64,000 bases of DNA, from positions 15,996,001 to 16,060,000 of the forward strand of contig CM022671.1 of the NCBI GenBank assembly GCA_012295275.1, read 5' to 3'. Both the position numbers and the translations under genes were made by a program. The notes below the pieces were generated by a model. It made no database searches, was not told where the DNA came from, and saw only the letters and a program-made list of their open reading frames with translations. Shown piece by piece: positions 1 through 13,661 of the stretch. Each line of letters begins with the position of its first letter. Position 1 is the first letter of the stretch. Source of the stretch: Chrysomallon squamiferum. Its lineage: Eukaryota > Animalia > Mollusca.

Positions 1-428
1 TAAATAAATAAATAAATAAAAATTAAAATTAAATAAAGTATTGATAATAGTTATATACTAGAATCCTGAAACAGGTTAGTTAATAAATAACTCTGACTCT
101 GTATTAGTTCAGAAATTTGACAAACTTCAAACTGAAAAGGAGGGAAATGATGTGTCCTGTGTATCCCTGCCATTTACAGGTGAGGAGGGTATAAAGCATT
201 ATTTATAAATTTAAAATTAAATGGTAGAGGTAGACACTAACATCATTCATTTGTAATGTATAACTATTGCTGGTTTAATAAATTTTTCCCTTTGCACAGT
301 TTTTTACTTCATTGTCTTCTTTACTTTATAATTTATTATATTTCTGACGTAGTTTTATTTTAACAGCAAAGAATTAATTATCATAAATATTATATGTTAT
401 ATTACTGTTTGTGTGTATGTATAGTAAG

Positions 429-430
<2 letters not shown>

Positions 431-470
<40 letters not shown>
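431..470. repeat. (TG)20 microsatellite
   Basis: Read directly. Similar (TG/CA)n tracts occur near 6491, 12697, 12795, 13259, 37810, 51227, 57695 and 62207. Confidence 0.97.
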
Positions 471-471
<1 letters not shown>

Positions 472-762
472 TTCTATATATATATATAGATAAAAAACAT
501 TAATTAGTATCAAAGAGAATTGTAAACTGATGGATAATAATTCTATGAAGAAGGAATAGGTTACACACTAAGTGAATTAAACAACAATTTTCCTATCAAT
601 AAACAATAGAAACAACAAGAAAAGCAAGAATTAAAGAATATAATACCAAAAAAGTGAGAAATCAAATACCCTAAAACTGTATAAATAGTATTCAGAAACG
701 TATGTTAAATATAAAATTATGTAAGAGTTAAAAATTAACATTTTTGATTTGTGCATTTTGTT

Positions 763-772
763 GTCACGTGAT
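763..772. promoter_or_regulatory. Extended E-box GTCACGTGAT upstream of the USP gene
   Basis: Lies 186 nt upstream of the ATG, at the edge of a CpG-containing patch in otherwise CpG-poor DNA. Matches the bHLH-ZIP (USF/MiT-TFE/SREBP) consensus. Function is inferred. Confidence 0.4.
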
Positions 773-957
773 ATATGATATTACTATTTAAAAAACAAAC
801 TTAAAACACGGGTGAGACTTGAGCCGGTCCGCTCTATTTAGGGAACGAACGTCCTTAGCAGAGGTCAAAGAGGAGTTCGCCAAATCATACATCCGTTTTA
901 ACTAGTAGTTGTTTTATTTTTACGTCCATCCAGATATCCTTGATTTTGACGATCATC

Positions 958-3900
958 ATGTCCCAGAGCCAGCGACAGTCAGTATCAGCAGATGGAAAAC
1001 GCATAATTGGAGTGGCTATAGATGGAAGTAAAGAATCAGAATCGGCATTTCAACGTAAGTATTAGTATATGGATCAATGAAGGGGGAAATAAGAAGTAAA
1101 TCGTTGAGAATGCTTCGCTTTGCGTTGATTGTAACTTCTATAACTTCGTTGATTTGTAAGACTTTAAGTAAATGAATAATTTCATGCTGTTATGGAATCT
1201 GTACACCACTCATACCCTTGTTCATAACAAAAAGAAGAAGAAGAAAAAAAACTTTTGAAGTATTCAATTAGCACTTTCAGAGTTTCGGTCTTGTCGGCTG
1301 AAGTACTACTCAACATTAGTCTGATTTGTTGTTCTGCTGCTAGTGCATGTATATAAAAATGTCATAACATTTTTTGAAGTTGACCTTCGCATGTTAAATT
1401 GTTAAAATGTTTCCTGAAAACAGTGATATTTTTTAACTTGTGTTGATTCAAATAATTCCTCCTTTATTAAAACGCAGAAATATCTAGGAAAAAAAAAAAA
1501 AAAAAAAAAAAATTGTATTAACTTGGCCAAACTTTCAGTTCCATTAAACAAATAACAAAATGATACCAAGATGATGAAAAAAACCCATTAATAAATAAGG
1601 AAATTATGGATATTTAATTACATTAAAAATTTTTTTTTTTTTTCCCTGTTATTTTAGCCTTTAATTTATCTAACCTCTGGAATTTAGCAATGACAGAATC
1701 TTATCCCTACATCTTATTAAGAAAACACTGATAAATAATTATGCTGAACTGACAAACAAACCTGCATTTTGAGGTACAATAACAATCAGGGAAAAAAAGA
1801 CATCACCAAAATTCTGGTTTGTAAAATACCTAAAAATATAAGCAAACTACAATTACAACAACAAAATAGTTGAATAGAAATTAGAAAAAATATAATGTTA
1901 AAAACTTTGCATTTAAATGTAAAATTTGATACACTCCATTGTTTAATTTATAGATGAAAATATAATTTCAGCACTTACAGGGATGAGTTTAAATTTTTTT
2001 TAATAATCTCCCAATTAACTGTCTGCATCAGAAGAAAGAGCATGGAAATAATATGATAGTTTTACATTCTGAAAATTCCTCTAATTTTGATCTGTTGTTT
2101 CAAGCTTTATCGAAACAAAAACTCTAATCAAAGTTTGTTAAATTCTGTTATTCTGACATCCCCCTCAAAAAGCAAGATAACTTAGCTTTAGAAGTAAAAG
2201 GTACTCACAGTTTTATTTATTTATTTTTATTTTTTGTCTGTATGAGTTTTTGGGGGGAATTTTCATAAGAAAATTAGCAAAAAGAAAATAGCAATATGAA
2301 AATAAAAAGGTTTTTAGACCAGAAATTTAAAAAAATCACATATAAACACAGAAAATCTACTATACAAGTTTTGGAGGCGATGCATGTCATTTGAATAAAA
2401 CCACTAATACAGACATTTTAAACTTAGGTAATAGCGAATAATACGATGTTGTCATGTACCTAACTTCATTATTAATGAGAAGAAAAGAGATTATTAATTT
2501 GATTAGGCAAGGACAGTTTTATATAAGCTTTTTGTATAAGAACAAATTGTAGTGACATGTTTAAATAAAACCTCTTGTTGCACAGCAGATGACATTTCTT
2601 TATTAGTAGCAATTATTTTAAAGTAGAGCATATATGCGTGAGTTTTTAGGTGAAATACAATGGACAGATTTTGAAAAATTAAAGAAAATTTTCGTGGTCT
2701 TTTAAATATTGGCACAATTAATACTTAATTATGAAGATGAGTCGGTAGAGGTATTCTTCAAAATAGCAACTAATTAAAATTTAAGTATTTGTTTTAGTTT
2801 TGTAGTTCATGAAATACAGTTTGATCATAATTTATATTCTTATAAAAATATTAGAAAAATAGGACCTTACAGATATTAAATTTACCTAAAACTGAAATAC
2901 ATTTACATGTGATTAAAAAGGTCCATCATGTCTTCTATATATTTGTAACAGTTAGTGCAAAGCAGTTATGCATTAGTTGGATGTTTCTGTGTTTAAATTA
3001 TGACTAACAAAATTTTATATTGATTTGTTTTGTTATTTTTAAACTGCTATAGCCAGAACTAATTAGTTCTTACATGGAAATTAAATATTAATTATGGATT
3101 GCTTATTGTACATTTTTGTTTGCTGTGGTTGTTTTGTTTGTTTTACTTCTAGTTTCCTCATCTGTATCATTTAACAAGAATGTTTATTTATTGTAAACAT
3201 CAATGGCCTTAGGTCACTTCAGAAATCCCTTTGTAAACACTACTGTCAACAACATATTTATGGCTTTCAACCTTTATTTATTTTTTCTTATTTTTTTCTT
3301 CTTTAGTATGAAAATGATATCCTGAGGTTTGTTGACTCATGGCCTTAGCCATGAAATTAACTGTAGTTTTTCTTGTGATTCAGTTTTTTAAATCCACTTC
3401 AACTTAATCCAGTGTTTTTAATGATCTTAATGAATTATTTCAAACAACATTGAATGTCTGACATTATGCATGGCAGTGTTTATGAGTCATATGTTGGGAC
3501 ATTTAATTGTTTTGTTTTTTCCACAGCTGATTACGATAGATGTAGATTTTTCAGTAGAGGGAGGGTGTTGTCAACTATACCATCTGGATCTGGATATCTA
3601 AACTGAACCCATATTTTAACACGTTTTATTGCATCTTTTTCATTCCTGTCGTTTATACCTCTCTGTAAGAAATAATCTACCCATGTGACCTACATTTGTG
3701 ATGATTGCTCATTCGGGATAACCAAGGTAATCTATCTGTACTGTCCGATGACTGCAGCTGACATTGCTAGAGAGTGGTCAAGGACAGAGTGATACATTCA
3801 TAACATTGCTTTTGTCGCCCCACAGTTTAGCTTTATTTTTTAATATTAATTTTATGTTTTCTTCATTAATATAGAAACAGTAATAAACTTAATTAAATAA

Positions 3901-6490
3901 TTTCTTTAAACCTGATTACTTTTTCTATAACTATTTTATTTATTTATTTTAATAATGTTATTTTTATCCCTCCACTGAATAGAATTTACACAAATAAAAT
4001 TGGTAATATACACTGGACATAATTTAAAAATATATTCAACAAACACACTACATGCATACATACACAAATTTAATATTAGTGGAATTTTAAAACATCACTG
4101 ACTTTGAAATAATCGCCACAGTATAATCAGTAGAATCATGAACAACATATGACATTTTGATGTTACAATCATAAAAGTTTATTTATTATTTTTTCTCTTT
4201 TAGCATTTAAAGGAAGAAAAAAAATCCTGGTCCAGTTAATTTACTTTTCTGATAAAACAATGAAAACAGTAATATTATCACTGCTTTTGAAATAAATGAT
4301 AAATTAAACAATATTCCAGAATACATTTAAACATTCTTTTTTCTTCCCAGTAAGACATTGATATAAAAATATACACAGAAGGTAACACAGAGTTCATCAG
4401 AAAAATTAAGAGTTAATCCACTGTTTAGTTCAGGTTTGGTCATTTTAAAAACATTCAGCATTTATATATTATAAATGTCAGCATATACTTGCATTTAAAA
4501 CATTGATATATGAAACTAAGGAATTCATTTCAGATGTAAATGTGTTGAAAATAAAGATCATTTGTTTATTTTAAATATGTTTTTTCACCTGAAATCCTAG
4601 TTTAATAAATGGATGTTTATTTGGATTTGACAGGTAACATTTTCTTTTTTCGTTTTTTGTTTGGCTTCCCTCTAACTACATACAGCAAAGCAAGCACCTC
4701 AGGGCATTCTTTCATATTTTTTTATTTTTTGACAGTATCCCTTTGTTTTCTCTCCTAGCTGGAATGTTAGTACAATGTCTTCAGTGTACTTTATATGTAT
4801 AAATATTGCTACAGTGTCATAAGTGTATTTTGTATATTTAAATGCTATTACAATGTAATTAAAAAAAAAAAAAAAAAAAAAAATCATCAACAAATTTTAA
4901 ATAGTCTAGTCTTTTTTTTTCTTTTTTTTAAAAATTTATATGTACTTATTTATTCATTCATCCATTCTAAAAAAATATGTAAATTAAATAAATAAATAAT
5001 ATACTAATTAAAAAATACATATTTATTGTTTCTGATGCAGCAAATGCAATTTTAAATTTTGTTTTTTTGAGTGAATATATATTTTCCAGATGCAGGGTGT
5101 CCCAGAAGTCAAATGAAGATTTTTATTTAGATACAATTTTAGTGAAATATTTTTATAAAGAGAATTGATGTTTTTTTGAGCATTTGTTAATATAATAAAA
5201 TTTTCATATGTATCTAAATAAAAATCAGATATATATATATATTTTTATATAAATGATATTTTTTTTAAATGATTTGTAGCCACATACTAGTATAACATAT
5301 ATCTTGTGCATAGTAATAATATGTACTTTACATTTCAGATGCACTTGATCTAGTTTACAGGGAAGGCAAAGACTATATTCTTCTAATACACTGTTGTGAT
5401 TATCACATTTCTATTCCACTGCGTAAGTTGGACTGTCAGGTTTCTTTTTTCATTCTATTTGAGATGTTGTGTTTTTCAGACACGTTGGACTATATGTACA
5501 AGGAAGGAAGGGACTTCATAGTTTTAATCCATTGTTCTGAATACAATGTTGCACCTAGGATGCGTAAGTTCCAAATACCCTGACCATATAATTTCATGAA
5601 TCTCATCTATTATTTGTAGTGTCATAAATTTGTGGGGTTAATATATGTATGTATATATGTATAATATATATATATATATATATAAATTAATTATATTTTT
5701 TTTTGTCATTTTATAATATCCATCATGTTTACCTCATAATCCCGTATATCTATAAATTTCTGCATGCTTGGTAACCTTTCCCAATAAAACAATATTTATA
5801 TATAATTGCAGTATATTTAGTTACATATATTTGGATTAAAACATTGGTTTGTATTACATTTTCCTTCCTTTGACCAAGCAATTTTGTTTTAATTTGAAAT
5901 GCTTTATTTATTTAGTTTGCTTTTTATTCTTGCAGTTTATAATATCAAATGATGATCAACACACATTCACAACAAACCATAACCTGTGATAATACTGATA
6001 TGAGTAATGTTAACATTTACATGAAATGTTTGAAAACTTCACTGATGTTTCTGTGTAAATGTGAAATTTTAAAATTATTTTTGATTCAGCTGGACTGTTT
6101 CTGCACTTGCTACATTGTATATGTTCATATTTTGGTACATGCATGTGTGTTTCATCATTCATTGGTTGTGGGATTTCCTACAAGAGACAAAAAAGCTAAT
6201 TAAGAACTATTTTTTTTTCATTAGCTTTCTTGTCTGTAACTGTTTTAAATGAATTAATGATTAATAATTTTTGTGAATTAATGAACATACACTGTTCATA
6301 TTAATTTTATGGGAAAATTAACTTTATGACTTATTCATGCTTTATGTATGTAGCTGTTTAAAATATTTTAAAACATCTTGCAATTACAATTTTTTTTATT
6401 TAAAATTATTTCCTCATAGGAACAAAATAACAAAGAAAAGAGAGGCAGTTTAAATATTTAGTGTCATACATGAACTCATTAGAATATATT

Positions 6491-6541
<51 letters not shown>

Positions 6542-8100
6542 TTTATTAAAAATTACTTTACAATTTACACATTTCAATAGCAGTTAATTAGATAATTCTG
6601 AGCAGTATAAATAATATTAATACTAACTGGTTAAAGTTTCTTTAAATTGATGTTGTAACTAACAGACCATGTTATTTTGATTAAAAACTATTTTTACTTA
6701 CTTATTTGCTAACATCAACATGTATTTTTAAAATTAATTATTATTATTATTATTTTTTACAATATTGTATTATATTTTAAAACCAACAGTAAATGAAAAT
6801 GAAATAGAATGAACTAACTATAATTGAATTTAAATTGTTTTAATGTTAAAATGTAAATACGGCTGTGCTGACATTTTCTCTTCTTTTTTAAATATTTTGT
6901 TAAAATGACTTCAAAAAGCATAGTTATGGAAATTAATATAATATTCATGTATTTGTTACATTTGAAAACATGTGTTTTGTTGATTATGATGTATGATTAT
7001 GATGTAAAACCACAGGTAAGCAGAGATAATAATTGATTAAATGTTGTTAAGATTTTCAGGTAGATAAATTAAGTAACCAGTACAGCTTTTTTTTCTTCAG
7101 AAAAAAAAACAAACAAATAAATTATATTATTAGCATAAATTAAAATTAATTTGAAATGTATGCAAAAAATAATTACATATATTTGAATATTTATTTCAAA
7201 TTCTTCATTTGCAACTTAAATGTTCTTTTTAAAAAATCACAAGCAAAAAAAATTAAAAAATTAACTTAAAAAACAAAATACATTGTTTTAATTTAGCTGG
7301 AGCATTCTCCAATGTGGATGAAATATGTGCTCAGATGAAGAAGAAAGAGGATGAAATTCATGCATTGGTATCAAAATACACACAGATGCTTCGAGAGAGA
7401 GGTGTAAGTATTTTTTTTATGTTGTGTAGAAAAATCTTAAACCTGTCTGGAATTGTAACAAGTTTTCCACCTGTTAGGCCAAAACTGTCAGTGAAAGTAG
7501 ATAAATTCCAGATAGTGCATTTGTGATTGATTCATGAGCAGTATGAACTGATGTAGATTTTTATATTTCGTACCTTACAACTGAATAACTGAGCAGTCTA
7601 CTACTAATAGATCAGACTTTACAAAAATGAAAAAATGAAGCAAATATGACATCAGAAGAATGCCACTTAACTAAAAATGTTCTAATATGACAATAGACAT
7701 TCATTACTCAGTAGATACATTTTCAGTTTTAGTATTTTCTTACAACTCATTCCTGAGAGAGGTGTAACCTTTCAGTTTCCATTTTTCTACTGACAAAAGA
7801 CTAGACATGGTTTAAAAAACATTAACTGTCTCAGGTATTTTTTTTTTTTTTTTTAATCTTGTTTCTCCCTGCCACACTTGTGCATGAAGTTTCTAATATT
7901 TGTAGATTCCAGGCCGAGTTTACAAGTGTGGTGGAAAACCAGGAGAAGAAATCATCAAAGCATGTCAAAGTGAACGTGTTGCTGCACTGGTAATGGGTAC
8001 CAGGGGTCTTAGCACATTACGCCGCACCTTCCTGGGCAGTGTTAGTGAATACTGTGCACATCATACCAATATACCAATAACCATTGTTCCTATGAATTAA
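958..8100 (+). CDS. Universal stress protein (USP/UspA-like, ATP-binding type), 160 aa; exons 958-1054, [5339-5422 OR 5480-5563], 7297-7403, 7906-8100
   Basis: Spliced translation MSQSQRQSVSADGKRIIGVAIDGSKESESAFQ-HALDLVYREGKDYILLIHCCDYHISIPL-PGAFSNVDEICAQMKKKEDEIHALVSKYTQMLRERG-IPGRVYKCGGKPGEEIIKACQSERVAALVMGTRGLSTLRRTFLGSVSEYCAHHTNIPITIVPMN*. Has the USP hallmarks: beta1 'VAIDGS', beta2 'LIH', G-2x-G-9x-GS (GTRGLSTLRRTFLGS) and a terminal 'PITIVP'. All introns GT-AG, phases 1/1/0. Confidence 0.93.
5480..5563 (+). CDS. Alternative USP exon 2b (paralog of exon 2a at 5339-5422)
   Basis: ttttcag|AC...ATGC|gtaagt; 84 nt, phase 1-1. Encodes HTLDYMYKEGRDFIVLIHCSEYNVAPRM, 13/28 identical to exon 2a. 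No stops. Confidence 0.88.
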
Positions 8101-10113
8101 GAAAAACTGTACTTTGTCAACGTCTCTCAAGTAGAGATGTTGACTGGATCTGCATGGTGAAAGCATAAATTTAAATTGTATAATAAAACACATCTAATTG
8201 ATTTTTAATAATTTGTAAAAAAAAATAAGAAATATTTTTAAATTGGATTGTTCATACCATTAAGAGGTTAGTTTTTAAAAGGAACAGACATGGTGTTTCA
8301 TTTGTATTAGTCAGAGGCTTGTAGAGATAAATCATGACTGTATGGTGGTTATAAAGGATTGAAATGTAATCGGAATATAATCTCCATGAAAGAAATTAAA
8401 ATAAATGATTATTCAGTTACACTGTATTGTTTTAAAAACAATTATTATTCTTAGAATTTAAATCTTTGTTTTAAAACAAATTACTGACGTATATAATAAA
8501 CACATCCTGAAGAACCTTAAATACATTCCACAATATTGAAAGCTAAATTATTTTTTTCTTATCAGATAGTGGATTCAAACAAGCAAGTATATTTACGTTT
8601 GGTGAAATGATAATTTAATGCAATCTTAAAAGCTACCATTTATTTTTCTTTTTTTCCCCTTCTGCTTTTTTTTTTTTTTAATACTCTAATTTGAAATGCC
8701 AGAAAAAAAAAGAAATAGATTGCTGGAAAAAAAAAATCATATTGTAGAAAACTTCAATAGTATTTACTTTAAAAACATATTTGTGCTTTGTATTATTTCA
8801 GATTTTGTTAAATATTTTTTAACCTAGTAAATTTGTCTTTTTTTATCTTTTCAAAATAAAAAAATAAAATTCCAACCCAAATTGGCTTTAGACTGTACCA
8901 ACTGATATCTTCTGCCTCATGTCTAAGACACTTTCTTTGTAAATACAATCTTTTCAACCAGATTCTTTTATAAAGATTTTTAAAGACATCTATTTCTACA
9001 TACATAATAAGCTTAGTCCATTCCACTGAATAACAGAAGAATCAGTTATTGGAAACATATCTTTTTTGAAACCCATACAGGGTCCCATTTCTTATTTTGT
9101 TACATTAATTCATAAAAATTATTTTTTGTTCTTCATTTTTTTTTTTTCTGTCTCTGAAGGTCTTTAATTTGTGCACTTCCACACTGCCATTCATGCATTC
9201 ATTTGCAACTGCAAGTTGATAATTAAATTTGCAATAATTGTTATCTTTTGAAATAAATAATTTTTTGAGACTACTGCAATATTAAGCTGTTTTATTATGC
9301 ATAGCATATGGTAAATGCACCCTGGCATGTTCAGTTTTGAGTTCTAGTGCTAGTTTTGTTTTTTTATATATATATATATTAGAAATTTTAAAAAGTGACT
9401 GCTTTAATATTTGAGTCGCATATCATTAGGTTATTTGGATGAATTTGTTACCCATTAGTTTGAAATTGTGACATGCAGTAAGTCACTTATTGCTTAGGTT
9501 ATTTTGATTAATTTGTTACTCATTGATTGATTTGTTTGAAATTTATATCAACAGATGTATGACAGTAACAGAAAATTACTGAACTTTTTACATTTCTTAT
9601 TTTTCTAAGTTCTTTTACTTCAATGTTAATTTGAATTAAAATTATTTTCGTTTTCTTTCAGTTGTAGTAGATAGTAAAATTTTAATGTTATTTGCTAGTC
9701 AGAGGATTAAATATTTACCTTGTTGAGAATCCTCCTGTTTATTATATATAGTTTATATTTGTCTGCATGTTAAACATTGGTGGAGGTTTAACCCAACTTA
9801 GAGGTTTTTTTTAAAGTAATGAAAATGATATCAGTCATCAGTTGACTTTAAAAATAAAAGCAATAATAAAATTAAAAATAATATTTCTTTTTTGTTTTTA
9901 TTTTTTTTCGTTGTTTTTTTTTTGCACAAAAACACAAAACATTTACTAAATATTTCAAAACCTGTTCAGGCTGAAGCTCAGATAAAATTATATGTTGAAC
10001 TTTTAAATTAATTAATTAACATGTTTTTTTTTTCTTCTGAATTAATTACATGTCAAAGAATGAAAATGTTCAAATGCTGAGCATTACCAATTCAAGTCTG
10101 TCTGAAGTAAAAA

Positions 10114-10338
10114 TGCAGGTTGATGATCACTTAACAAAAATATGTTTTTCAGATTTTTATATTTTTTTGATTTCTGTATATAAGAAGACAAACCAAGAAT
10201 TTGCACATGAAATAAAGTTTATGTATGCTAAATCATCTGGAAATTATGCCATAACACAGTTTAATGGCATCAAAAATGTTTTTGGATTTCAGAGCTTTTT
10301 GAATTTTTGAATTTCAGATAAGGGATCTGAAACCTGTA
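10114..10338. mobile_element. Degraded pogo/Tigger-type MITE (Tigger4/MER46-like ends)
   Basis: Left end TGCAGGTTGATGATCACTTAACAAAAAT against the reverse complement of the right end TACAGGTTTCAGATCCCTTATCTGAAAT matches 20/28. The right end finishes in TA, and subterminal GGATTT/GAATTT repeats are present. Confidence 0.6.
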
Positions 10339-12682
10339 CAAGTCTGTCTTCCATTTTATTCTGAAACTATCATTACATTATCATAAAATACTTGAAATAA
10401 AATTCCCCAAATAAACTCATTGAATATATATATATATATTAAATGAATTTTATCAACTCTGACAAGTGAATTGATAGCTTTTCAAGTGACCTTTGTTTTA
10501 ATTAATGCTGGGAATTTTTTTTTTTTTTTTCTTCTAAAAAGTGATGCATGAACATGTTGTTATTTCTGATCTCTTCTTTAACTATAATGTTTTATTCTGT
10601 TGAATTATTTCATATATTATTTTATACAGTTCTGAAATATTATTTTTATTATCAGTGCACCAAACACAATTATGCAAATCATCTAATTTTCAGGAAAATG
10701 ATTTTATTGTAAATATTATTCATTATATAATAATAATGTTAAATGAATTACTGGTTATATTTGTTGAAACTGTAGTTAGTTACTGTCTTAGTAAGAATAA
10801 TAAAATAAACATATACAAGAATATATTTTTTAGTAAATGTTAGTTTTATAACTGATAAGAATTACACAAAAATGAAGTAGAAGAATTACTAGTGTTTATT
10901 ACATTTTAACTGAATAAAATTTTAGAATCAAAAATTTTTGGTTGTGTTTTATAAATTTTGTTAAACTGACCATCAGTGTTCAGTGGCTTTGCAACAACTG
11001 ATATGAATTTATATTATTATTTTGATGATATACCAGCTATGGAATCACCTTGTTGCCGATGAAAGTAGTAATCTAGTAGAGTAACTACATTATAGTTAGA
11101 AAGCCAAGAAGTCACAAATGTCAGCAAAAGAAATCATAACTTGTATAAGAATTATAATCTAACTTTAGCTAAAGTAATATAATTAGTGATATTATTTTTC
11201 CTAAATTTTAAATAAAATTTAATTAGCTGATCACAACAAACAAAAAAATAAAAAAAAAATAAAAAAAATTTACATTACGCAGTTTACAGATGAATTAATA
11301 ATAATCATTACATTAATTCATGCATAATTAATTTTAATAATAATCATTTCTGTAACATAATCACTCTTGTGAAGCCTTGTGTATAATAAACCTGATAATT
11401 CAACCTTGTGACATTTACATCTGTGACCACTCATTTTAAAATATTAAAACAGAAATAGAAGTCGGCCTCCATTTAATTGTTTATTCTTGTTTGACATTGC
11501 ACCCAAATGACACTTGACATAACTTTAACTTGGTTTGTTGTGGATTTGCAGATTCGTCATAATAAAGAATTGTAACCAGTATATTAAAAAAAGGAATATT
11601 TGTTTTTTTAGTTCCAAAAACAATGTACTGGTGTTGGTATAAATATCCTTTTTATTATTTTTAATTTTTATAAAACTACAATGAGGATAAAATAAATAAT
11701 AATTAAAAGAAAACGTAAAACCGTCTACACACAAACCAAATTGTGCTACTTCTCAAATATTACTTCCAGTTGAGAGATTTATTACCAAGTATATAGAAAG
11801 GTGACATTGACTGTGATTTTATTTCTCATTAGATGTGTATTATTTTTTCAGTTATGCTTCAGTAATCAGCGTTGATTTAGATTACATAACTAGGTCAGTT
11901 ACTCAGTTATAAATATATTGACAGTAAATTTGTGTGTAAGAATTTAATGTTTTTTGTTGTTTTTTATCAGTATACAGGGGGGGGGCCTTTATATATATAT
12001 GTGTAGTCCGCTGTATGTTGATAAAAAAAAAAAAAAAAAAAAAAACGAAAAATAAATAAATAACAAATAAGCCCTGTAAATTTAATAAATTCTTACACAC
12101 CAGTTCTATATATTAGGCCCCTACTGTAGAAAAATGTTTCCAGTGATATATATTTTTTAATCCTGTAATAAAAAGATGTGACAAAAGACACCATTCCCAT
12201 GAGTTTATCTATGTTATAACTGAAACAAAAGGGAAACAGCTCTTTAAAAAGTCTAAAGAAGTTATTTGGCTCTTGTAATACTAATAGTGTCAAAATATTG
12301 TTACTGACTTCATCTATCTTTACCTAAAATGAGTTTTTCAAAGTTTTCTGACTCAGAAACCTTCTTAGATCTCAGCTATCACCCATGAAATATTGCTTTT
12401 ACAGAATTTTTAATTTAATAGGATACATATATACTCATTCATTAATCAAGATGTGAACAGATTTCTGTATTGAAATAGAAAATATGTTCATGCTTCATAG
12501 TTCTGTTGTATCGAAGAAAATCATAACTGAAAAAACATCTGAACGGCAGGTGTTTTTGATGTTTATAAATTATAGCCTACAGTTAAAATAGGTTTGTTGA
12601 AATATAGACATAGAACTGCACAAGAAAAAAAAAAAAAAAAAATAATATTTAGTCAATATGTGAAATTAACTTGAATAAATAA

Positions 12683-12731
<49 letters not shown>

Positions 12732-13661
12732 AAACATGTAAAATCTAAATAACTATCTACCATAGTATTTTCATGCATAATTCATATATGTGTATGTGTG
12801 TGTGTGTGTGTGTGTGTGTAATTGGCAAAAGATATAACAAAATCTTTGACAATTTCTATTACTTTTAAATGATGTAGCAATGATATTAAAAATGATATGA
12901 TATTAATTCTAAATGGACAAATTAAAGAAACAACACAAGTTTATAAACTTTGCAATTTTTATTATTAAAATCCAGGCCATATTGGATCCTTCAATAATAA
13001 CATAGAAAAATAATAATGTTTAACAAAGGTATTTATCACAGACTTGTAACTGCTGTCTAACTAAATGTGTTAGATGTAAACAAAAGTAAATAACATTAAA
13101 ACATAATTGATAAAAGCAGATAAAATTTATCTGCTGTTTTTATAAAGTATTTTAAAGCAAATAATTGTTTTGATTTGGTTATGTGCACATGCACATATAC
13201 ATGTACATGTGTCTGTGTATGAATAATCAGAACTATATAAATATATAAATATATAAATTGTGTGTGTGTGTGTGTGTGTGTGTTTGTGTATGGCAAGGGT
13301 CCAGCCCACATTTTGTATTACCGGCATACATATCAGATTATAAATTAATATTATTATAACTTAGCAATATCAAAAACAGCAGTAAGAGAAATCTAACTAA
13401 ATATATTAACTATATTATTGTTACACAATGAAAAAAACACATGAAATATAAACCCTATAACCATGCAGTCTCTTTTGAGTTTTGTCAGATGATGGTAATT
13501 TCAAAAAAATAAATTTCAAAATCAGATAAATAAAGATAGATAACTGATAGTCTTTTTCAGTCATGTTTTTTCTCTTTTCAGTTGACATAACTTCCTTGTT
13601 AGAAATATGTTATATTTTTAGTTATGAAAACTTTTGTTCTTTAACAACAACTGTCCATATT

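Noticed and set aside
108-179. Possible + strand exon (ag|TTCAGAAA...TTACAG|gtgagg)
   Set aside because: No recognisable product and no phase-compatible partner exon in the window.
3698-3761. Box C (GTGATGA) ... box D (CTGA) snoRNA-like arrangement in USP intron 1
   Set aside because: Only 64 nt, no convincing terminal stem, and no rRNA antisense element that I can recognise.
7755-7767. 13-nt echo (GAGAGAGGTGTAA) of the USP exon 3 donor
   Set aside because: Too short and low-complexity, and the flanks do not align, so it is not counted among the junction duplications.
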